This document shows positions 57,566-64,000 of a stretch of 64,000 nucleotides of DNA, piece by piece. Under the pieces are notes generated by a model. It was not told the DNA's origin. It made no database searches and worked only from the letters and a program-made list of their open reading frames with translations. The translations under genes and the position numbers were made by a program. Within the stretch, counting starts at the first letter, position 1. Each line of letters opens with the position of its first letter. This DNA is from an uncultured Elusimicrobia bacterium (lineage in GTDB: Bacteria > Elusimicrobiota > Elusimicrobia > 2-01-FULL-59-12): assembly GCA_963702895.1 (NCBI GenBank), contig OY969767.1, positions 896,001 to 960,000 of the forward strand. The letters run 5' to 3'.

Positions 57566-57655
57566 GTGGGATGCGACTATTGTACTCAGATTATGCGGGC
57601 ACCTGAACGGCTCCGATTGCGTGGCACTGATTGTTCAGTAGGAACCCTGAACGTA

Positions 57656-57688
57656 TGGCCAGCCGTAAGTGATGAGGTGGTACTTCAT
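57656..57688 (-). repeat. miaB head copy R3
   Basis: ATG AAG TAC CAC CTC ATC ACT TAC GGC TGG CCA. Confidence 0.92.
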
Positions 57689-57993
57689 GGGTGTCCGTCA
57701 AAAAAGTAACGCTGTGCCAACTTGCCCAAACCATAAAGGAGGAAACAATAAAAGGTCGCAACAAGGATTACGCCCGGCCAAGTGGGGAAGGACCAATAAG
57801 CGCTCATGACAAGGCCCAGGGGACGTAGCAGTGGTCGTGCAGGCAGATAGATTGCGTAGGCGAGTGATAGCAGATTAGTCGCCAGAACCGGTAGGTGTTC
57901 TCCCCATAGCGACAATACCGCCAGGCTGGAGATATTCCACACCAAGAATGCGCCGGGAAGAAGAAGGGCCAGATGCCGCTTAAGGTATGTCAC
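57685..57993 (-). CDS. Cassette gene: 102-aa membrane protein, copy B
   Basis: Near-identical to 54863-55171. Confidence 0.8.
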   Translation of the reverse strand: MTYLKRHLALLLPGAFLVWNISSLAVLSLWGEHLPVLATNLLSLAYAIYLPARPLLRPLGLVMSAYWSFPTWPGVILVATFYCFLLYGLGKLAQRYFFDGHP

Positions 57994-58100
57994 ATTCCTC
58001 CCCTATCGCATGCTCGGTTGTCCATGCGAGCGTCCGCGCAATACCTTCCAGTCTATCTGCCGCCAAAATCTGCTTGGCAGGATAGTGAATCCAATCCATT

Positions 58101-58193
58101 CGGCCAGCCGTGCCACTTCCTGTTTTGAGAATAGGCGGCACCGTTCGGGCACAAACGCATGCCCTCGCGGAAGGTGATGAGGTGGAATTTCAC
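58101..58193 (-). repeat. miaB head copy R2, split by a ~60-nt insert
   Basis: GTG AAA TTC CAC CTC ATC ACC T[insert]AC GGC TGG CCG. Confidence 0.78.
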
Positions 58194-59023
58194 GTGGCGC
58201 CTCTCTTCTTGGCGACGACAACGAGAGAGCCTCCCCACGGAAGCGACCGGCCTGAGAAAATCAATCTCTCGTCGGCCCGCATCACGAAATCTCCCATGGC
58301 ATCCAACCACGGCGGGAGATGCAATTCGCTGTCATCCATTCCGCTCCGTTTTTTCATAAACCGATTCTTGACTCTTGAAAGATACATGGCAGGAAAGAGT
58401 GAAAACACAAAGGAGCTGATGAAAGAGACCTCGAGCCCTGCTTGAGACACCTTTTGCACCAGTTCTTTGCGAGAGTACCTGCGTTTATGCATTGCAACAA
58501 CGTCAGTTTGACTCCAGAGGGATGGGTGTTGAGGGACTGTCAAGAACAGTAGTCCGTTGACTTTCAGAGCAGCATGGATCTGTTTAAGGACGATGACATC
58601 ATTCTCGATATGTTCAAGAACATCAAATACCCCAATTCCATCGAAGGCTTCCACGTAAGGTAAGCGCGTTGCATCCAGCTGAACCAGTTCCACACCATCG
58701 AGCCTCTTGGCAGCCCATTTTAGACCAGCGAGGTTCAATTCTGCCCCGGTCAAATGAAGATTCTTAAATTTCGACAGCCCGTTCAGAACAAATCCTGTTC
58801 CGCATCCAATCTCGAGAAACTTCGCTGTGCGATTTCCAAAGTGCTGGCATATGAGGTGCTCAAGGATACGTTGCCTGCTACGGAACCAAAAACTTCCCGC
58901 CTCCGACCTGTAGAGCGCTGGGTAGCTTTCAGGAGGAAAATCAGAATTTCCGGAACCCAGTTCGGGAGCGTAACATTTGATGTTATCGATAACTACGTAT
59001 GAAGGTTCAGTCCCTTCGCTCAT
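58190..59023 (-). CDS. Cassette gene: class I SAM-dependent methyltransferase
   Basis: FWFRSR, LEIGCGTG, FDVLEHI, LTVP, HKRRYS. Confidence 0.88.
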   Translation of the reverse strand: MSEGTEPSYVVIDNIKCYAPELGSGNSDFPPESYPALYRSEAGSFWFRSRQRILEHLICQHFGNRTAKFLEIGCGTGFVLNGLSKFKNLHLTGAELNLAGLKWAAKRLDGVELVQLDATRLPYVEAFDGIGVFDVLEHIENDVIVLKQIHAALKVNGLLFLTVPQHPSLWSQTDVVAMHKRRYSRKELVQKVSQAGLEVSFISSFVFSLFPAMYLSRVKNRFMKKRSGMDDSELHLPPWLDAMGDFVMRADERLIFSGRSLPWGGSLVVVAKKRGAT

Positions 59024-59080
59024 GAATAGGACCCTGGGTGTTCTGCATTGCTTTGGCGAGCCGTGACGCCACCCGCGAAA

Positions 59081-59215
59081 TTAGATACGTCCGACGCCAT
59101 AGCACCGTTGCAATATCCAGTGGACAGCGAATTCTGGCCAAAAAATGGCGGCAATGCCAATCGATGAGAAGATTGCGATGACCGACATGGGGATCATAAG
59201 GCCGCGTTCAAACAT
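59081..59215 (-). CDS. 44-aa single-TM peptide coupled (TAATG) to the head R1 ORF
   Basis: MFERGLMIPMSVIAIFSSIGIAAIFWPEFAVHWILQRCYGVGRI, read manually. Confidence 0.35.
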   Translation of the reverse strand: MFERGLMIPMSVIAIFSSIGIAAIFWPEFAVHWILQRCYGVGRI

Positions 59216-59316
59216 TAGCGAAAAACCTTTCTGTGCCCATCGGGAGCGTCTGGGCCGCCTTCAGGAACCTTGCTTCTGGGTACTCCTCGGCGAAAAGATG
59301 CTGAATCAAACCCATT

Positions 59317-59349
59317 CGACCAGACATAGGTGATCAAGTGGTATTTCAC
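59317..59349 (-). repeat. miaB head copy R1 (promoter-proximal)
   Basis: GTG AAA TAC CAC TTG ATC ACC TAT GTC TGG TCG. Confidence 0.88.
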
Positions 59350-59356
59350 GTCGGAG

Positions 59357-59362
59357 ATTATA
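59357..59362 (-). promoter_or_regulatory. -10 box TATAAT 7 nt upstream of head R1 (probable leaderless miaB promoter)
   Basis: agcag TATAAT ctccgac GTGAAATAC; no SD sequence before the GTG. Confidence 0.6.
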
Positions 59363-59703
59363 CTGCTTCTAGGGCAGAGCCCAAACTGGATGACCATGAG
59401 CGAGAGGAGAGAGATGAAGCAGGTGGATGAAAGAAAGAAATACGAGATTTCATCATGCCGGTTTCCTATGGTGAAGCTGCCCGCCTATGCTCTTCCTCAA
59501 AAAAAACTCACCAAACGGAGGGCCGCCAATAGGCGACCCGGTGCTTCAACGTCACCCAGTGTTCGGCGCTCAAAAAAAAACGCATCATTTCTTGAAATAA
59601 TATAGGTAAAGAACGCATCTAGAATACATGCAGAGATGAGATGTTAACTAACCTATCTTAAGCCGGAAAATGAACACTTGCGGGAAATGCCGAGTCCTGA
59701 CAA

Positions 59704-62172
59704 ATGTCAAGTATGAAAAGATTAATTTCTTCGGCTCACCGCGTCCAGTCCCAAAAAGGGGTGTCCCTGGTCGAAATCATGTTGACGGTGGGGCTCATCA
59801 TGACCGTCATGATTTTCACGAGCAACATCCTGGCCAATTCATTGCGTTCGACCACCCGTAACGCGCAAAAACAAAAGGTGTCGAAGCTCGCCGAGATGGT
59901 CTTTGAACAATACGGCGCGTTTTCTGCCCATGAATTCGGAAAATTGGCTTCCCGGAACGTGACCAACGCGATTCCCATGGTGTTTTTCCACACCTCGGAC
60001 AATCTTGGATTTGACGGCTACGCGATCACAACCAGCGCCGCCTATTCCGGTCCCAACAACGGGCTCTGCGATATCACATTGGACATCGCGTGGCTGCAAG
60101 ATGGCGACGCCCGGACCGAGCGCTTTGTGCGCCGGTATTCCGAGTCCAACGAAATTTATACCGGGGCCGCCGCCGAGGTGTATGTGAAAATCCCCTGCAA
60201 CGGCCTGACCGACACCCAGGAGATCATCGCGACCTGCCCCGGCATCTCCTCCATGACCGTGATGGCCCTTGGCGCCAGCGGCTCCCCTGTCACTGGCCTC
60301 ACCGACCACACGGGGCGGCTCCTCCTATCGCAGCTAGCGCCCATCACCGCCAACCCAATCGTGGTCAGCGCCCCCGCCTATTCTTCCTATACCATCCGCA
60401 TGAGTGATCCCAACTACGCGCCGCTCTTTTTTGCCCGCACGAAGCCCGAAATAAACTTCGTTGACGGGCAGCCGATCACCAGCATCTCCACCACCGTGGC
60501 GCTGAGCCCCAGCGTCCCCAACACCCTTCTCTTCACAGACTTCCATCAGGCGTCGCGCATTACCGGGCGCGTGATCAATGATTCCGATCCGGCGGACGTG
60601 GCCGGCAAGGACGTGTCTATAGGCGAGACAAACGCAGCATTTGTTGGTTCGATCGACCAATGCTATAGCTCCAACATGTCGATCGGAAATTGTGTCGTTA
60701 AGACAGACGCTTTCGGGAACTATGAATTTAACAATATCACGACATGGCAAGCGACCTCAGCCGATGCATACTTCAAATTGGTCACACTTAATACGAGGGG
60801 TTCTCGCCCGGACATTCAGCCGGGAAATCCCTTGTTTGCCTACGGACAAATCGGCTCCGTGGAGAGTGTTTCCTCCTTGATGACTCATCCGTACCCACCT
60901 GAATTTGTTCAGGATGTCCACATGAAGCTCCGCGGCTGGGTCCGTTTTGACTTGTCCGTGAGCGGCGCGCCCTTCCCGGGAGGGGTCCTCAAAATCCAGA
61001 ATTCTTCGGCGGATGATGGGTGGGGCAGCAGATTTCCTAGAGACTTCGGCATCACGCCGCTTGATACCATCAGTCTGACGGCAGATGCCTCGGGTGTTGT
61101 TCGAGCCTATAACCTTCGAGAAAAATGCACGGTGAATGTGTACGACCCCATTGACCTCGACCACCCCTCCAACTGGGTCCTTTGGGAATGTGTCAGCGGG
61201 GATTGTTTCCGGGAAAATCCCGTGGCTGTCGAGATGAATGCTTTCGCGCTTAACGGCACGGTGGTAGACCTCCGTTTCCCTCCGCGTCTTTTAGGAAGAG
61301 CAATCATTAAGGTTCAGGGGGAACGCGACGTTGCGACGACCACAGAGTGGATTCATTATTCCAGCGCGACGGTCAATGATGACGGTACAAGTATTTCCGT
61401 CCAGGGCATTGACCCGGGCCTCTCTCAGTCCGGTCCGACATTCAATGTTACGGTGTCCTTGAGCACTACATCATTTTCTTTCCCTGGCATCACGGTGTCC
61501 GGCAACATCACCGATGTCGATACTGGCGAGCCGGCCGTGCACGCTTCGGTGAGACTCAATTCCAACGGGCCCGTTCCTCCGTTCTGGAATCTCAAGACGG
61601 ACACCAGCGGCCATTATGATTTTGGCCCGAAAACGATCTACTGGAAAACGCCTTCGGCCGGCTATCAAATCAGCTGTGATGTCGTCACTCGGCTCTGTTC
61701 TTTCTCGGCTCCTACAGCGAATTATCAAGTGGATACCAGTCAAACCAGCGTGTTGCTTGAACAGGATCTCTCCGTTAGTGCTGGGTATCGGGTGATCGAG
61801 AACAACGGGACAGTCTCAGAGACGTCTTCGGCCGTCAATATCAATGCCCAGGCCAAGCTGAAGACCTATCAGGTGATCGGTACGGTTCGTGATAAGATCA
61901 CCGGAGGCGTCCTGCCCGATGTCTCCGTCGAGGACGGGGCCGGCGATAGCAATCTGAGCTCCGTCTCTGGGACTTTCAGTCTTTGGGCGAGGGTTGAGGG
62001 GCGAACGACCGGCGAGCCCGGGACCGTCACGGTACGGGTAGGCAATCAGGTCGTGAATGGAGTATCCTATACAGGTGCTGAATATGTTTTGCCGATCCCA
62101 AGCCCAGCCGATCCTGATGTCCCGCTTACGCAGGACTTCCTGCTCCAGCGTCCCTTTTCCTCGTCCATCTAG
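59704..62172 (+). CDS. Large prepilin-type N-terminal cleavage protein with beta-rich (adhesin-like) domains
   Basis: QKG|VSLVEIM class III signal plus hydrophobic helix; repeated V.G.V.D..TG beta modules. Confidence 0.75.
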   Translation: MSSMKRLISSAHRVQSQKGVSLVEIMLTVGLIMTVMIFTSNILANSLRSTTRNAQKQKVSKLAEMVFEQYGAFSAHEFGKLASRNVTNAIPMVFFHTSDNLGFDGYAITTSAAYSGPNNGLCDITLDIAWLQDGDARTERFVRRYSESNEIYTGAAAEVYVKIPCNGLTDTQEIIATCPGISSMTVMALGASGSPVTGLTDHTGRLLLSQLAPITANPIVVSAPAYSSYTIRMSDPNYAPLFFARTKPEINFVDGQPITSISTTVALSPSVPNTLLFTDFHQASRITGRVINDSDPADVAGKDVSIGETNAAFVGSIDQCYSSNMSIGNCVVKTDAFGNYEFNNITTWQATSADAYFKLVTLNTRGSRPDIQPGNPLFAYGQIGSVESVSSLMTHPYPPEFVQDVHMKLRGWVRFDLSVSGAPFPGGVLKIQNSSADDGWGSRFPRDFGITPLDTISLTADASGVVRAYNLREKCTVNVYDPIDLDHPSNWVLWECVSGDCFRENPVAVEMNAFALNGTVVDLRFPPRLLGRAIIKVQGERDVATTTEWIHYSSATVNDDGTSISVQGIDPGLSQSGPTFNVTVSLSTTSFSFPGITVSGNITDVDTGEPAVHASVRLNSNGPVPPFWNLKTDTSGHYDFGPKTIYWKTPSAGYQISCDVVTRLCSFSAPTANYQVDTSQTSVLLEQDLSVSAGYRVIENNGTVSETSSAVNINAQAKLKTYQVIGTVRDKITGGVLPDVSVEDGAGDSNLSSVSGTFSLWARVEGRTTGEPGTVTVRVGNQVVNGVSYTGAEYVLPIPSPADPDVPLTQDFLLQRPFSSSI

Positions 62173-62692
62173 GACGCTTCATCGCGGGGGATGGACCCTG
62201 GTCGAGATGCTCGTTGTGGTCGCGCTCTTGGGGTTCTTCGCGGCGGCCCTCCAGCAGCTGATTCGTTTGCCCTTTCGGCTGCAGCAGCAGCAACAGAAAC
62301 AAGACGTCAAAGCGAGTCTCGAAAGGGCGATGAATACGATGGTCAACGATCTTCGCGAAGCCGATCCCACCCGCTTCAGGTTCTCCGACATTTATCCCAC
62401 GTCGACGATCGTGGATACCTTCACGTTTAATAAGAGGTGGATGGATCTGGCGACCCCCAGTGAGGTCTCGCACAGCACCTATACGTATACGATCACCGCG
62501 GGGGTTCTCCAGCGGAACGAAAACGGCGCCCTCAAGGCGCTCATGAGCGGTCTGGAAACACCCACGGCGAGCCTTCCGCTGATCCAACTGAATCCCGCAA
62601 GCCCCGCCATGCTGATCTTGACCCTTCAAACGAGCACCTCCACGCTCACCACCCCCCTCAAAGTGGAAAGGGTGGTGACCCTTAAATCATGA
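62117..62692 (+). CDS. Minor pilin/pseudopilin (PilW/GspJ-like); start uncertain
   Basis: RGG|WTLVEMLVVVALL, M.NDLREA. Confidence 0.75.
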   Translation: MSRLRRTSCSSVPFPRPSRTLHRGGWTLVEMLVVVALLGFFAAALQQLIRLPFRLQQQQQKQDVKASLERAMNTMVNDLREADPTRFRFSDIYPTSTIVDTFTFNKRWMDLATPSEVSHSTYTYTITAGVLQRNENGALKALMSGLETPTASLPLIQLNPASPAMLILTLQTSTSTLTTPLKVERVVTLKS

Positions 62693-63882
62693 AGCGTCTC
62701 CAGGCGGACCGCGGCATCGTGCTCATCGAGTGGACGATCATCAGCGTCCTGATCATCGCGGCGATCGTCTGCTACGCCAATTTCATCCACGTTCAAACGG
62801 TTGGGGCGGTACGCAGCTCTGTCCGTGCCAAAGCGGTCCAGCAGACCGACTCCGGCATGAACCATGCCCGGAACTATCTTCGCACGCCACAAGGCCTTTT
62901 GCAGCTGCCCATCGCAAGTTCCACGACCCTCACGTCCGCCACCGTGGCGGAAGGCCGCTATGAGGTCAGTTTATACCGGACCTTCGCCGACATCAATTTA
63001 GTGGATGGATACGCGACCGGCTACTACTACTTGCCCGGCGGGGCCGATGTCGATCCCGTGACAGGACAACAAGCGATTTCAGCTGCCGCGAATTTCCGTC
63101 TGCGCATAACCAATGTAAGTGACTTCCTCTTGGCGGTCCCGGGCCCGCTCACGGTGAAGTATGGATCGGATCTTTCGAGCGGAAGATTGTACGCGCGCGA
63201 ACTGACGCTGGAGACGGGAGTCACGTTGCCACACACGAGGCTCTTCAAGGCCTACTATTTTGCGTCCGTCGCGCCCAGCGCGTCGCCGGTGAATGTCGAT
63301 TTCATGACGTTGCCGGCTTATGCCCAGCAGTTGCCGGTCGCGCCCAATTTCCCGGTTTTAGACGCGAACTGGCGGGGGCAGTACGAGGCGCTCGCGGATC
63401 CGGGCCCATTCCCCAGCTTTAGCGGCTCCGTCGGAATAGCCGCCCCCTATCATGTGTACTACTTCCCGGGGGCAGTTCTGCAGGTCGGCGTGCCGTCGCA
63501 ACCCTTGCAAGTCACCGGGACCTATGTCGTCTATTCGACGGGGGATATTTATATTGGAGATTCCGTGACCGTCGTTCCGGGGGAATGCGTCGCATTTCTT
63601 GCCGAAGGCAGCATCCATATCAGGGAGAGCGCGCCGGATAACTTAGTCTTGGAAGGCAATTATATGGCGAATAACGATATCGTCGCCGACGGCCCGCAGC
63701 GTCCGATAACGTCGTCCCTCACGATTCAGGGAGGACTCTTCGCTGGCAAGAATATTGTACTCGCGCCGGTCTATCGGGGGACCCGCCAGTACACCTACCA
63801 GCCGTGCGGCAACCCTGATCTCATGCTCCCCACCCAGGCCGACCTCTCCGACTACCGCGTCACGAAAGGCAGCAAATCCTAA
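62689..63882 (+). CDS. PilX-like minor pilin with extended C-terminal domain
   Basis: DRG|IVLI hydrophobic helix, A..TDSGM.HA motif; ATGA overlap. Confidence 0.65.
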   Translation: MKRLQADRGIVLIEWTIISVLIIAAIVCYANFIHVQTVGAVRSSVRAKAVQQTDSGMNHARNYLRTPQGLLQLPIASSTTLTSATVAEGRYEVSLYRTFADINLVDGYATGYYYLPGGADVDPVTGQQAISAAANFRLRITNVSDFLLAVPGPLTVKYGSDLSSGRLYARELTLETGVTLPHTRLFKAYYFASVAPSASPVNVDFMTLPAYAQQLPVAPNFPVLDANWRGQYEALADPGPFPSFSGSVGIAAPYHVYYFPGAVLQVGVPSQPLQVTGTYVVYSTGDIYIGDSVTVVPGECVAFLAEGSIHIRESAPDNLVLEGNYMANNDIVADGPQRPITSSLTIQGGLFAGKNIVLAPVYRGTRQYTYQPCGNPDLMLPTQADLSDYRVTKGSKS

Positions 63883-64000
63883 AGGCGTTCTTCGCGTTCG
63901 ATTGATTATCTAAAGGAGTTTCGGGTGGTAAGGGTTGGGAGCAGGATTTTCTTGGCCCGGCGCGCATGGCACGGGAAGAATCTCAAAGATCAAGACGTCA

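Larger units (their letters stand above)
53118..59349 (-). mobile_element. Tandem gene-cassette array delimited by copies of the miaB 5' end
   Basis: miaB-head copies start at 59349, 58193, 57688, 56817, 56196, 55311 and 54866, plus the true miaB start at 53117. Confidence 0.85.

Noticed and set aside
53088..59349. CRISPR array or classical integron interpretation of the miaB-head repeats
   Set aside because: Spacers are gene-sized, repeats are protein-coding and non-palindromic, and no cas, intI or attC-like structure is visible.

Overview
GC-rich diderm bacterial chromosome segment. It holds housekeeping operons (tyrA-aroA-plsC-rpsA; miaA-hflX-pgsA-plsY-gpsA-IHF/HU-merR-tRNA-Pro; miaB-slt-mutS-pilZ-mutL), three tRNAs, an arsenic cluster (acr3, arsP, arsEFG-like), dps/cytochrome c peroxidase, a block of envelope genes, an IS1380-family transposase and a pilin-like cluster. 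The main finding is a ~6.2 kb integrase-free cassette array (53118-59349, minus strand) between the putative miaB promoter and the intact miaB gene. Seven extra, mostly synonymously diverged copies of the first ~9 codons of miaB (MKYHLITYG) punctuate it. Most cassettes end with a stop codon overlapping a miaB head, and most begin at a shared GGCTG|GCC junction. Cargo includes three toxin-antitoxin-like pairs, a methyltransferase and one cassette present twice. This suggests integron-like accretion of gene cassettes at the 5' end of miaB. Other findings: a 36-48 bp double-hairpin micro-element inserted in T-loops of duplicated tRNA ends, in a REP and in frame in aroA; an intact tRNA-Pro nested in the anticodon loop of a second tRNA-Pro copy; 7/8-mer repeat hairpins inserted in frame in aroA, miaB and mutS; a mutS C-terminus split off by an IS; and a G-homopolymer frameshift in aroA. 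All product calls come from motif recognition by eye; no database searches were run.
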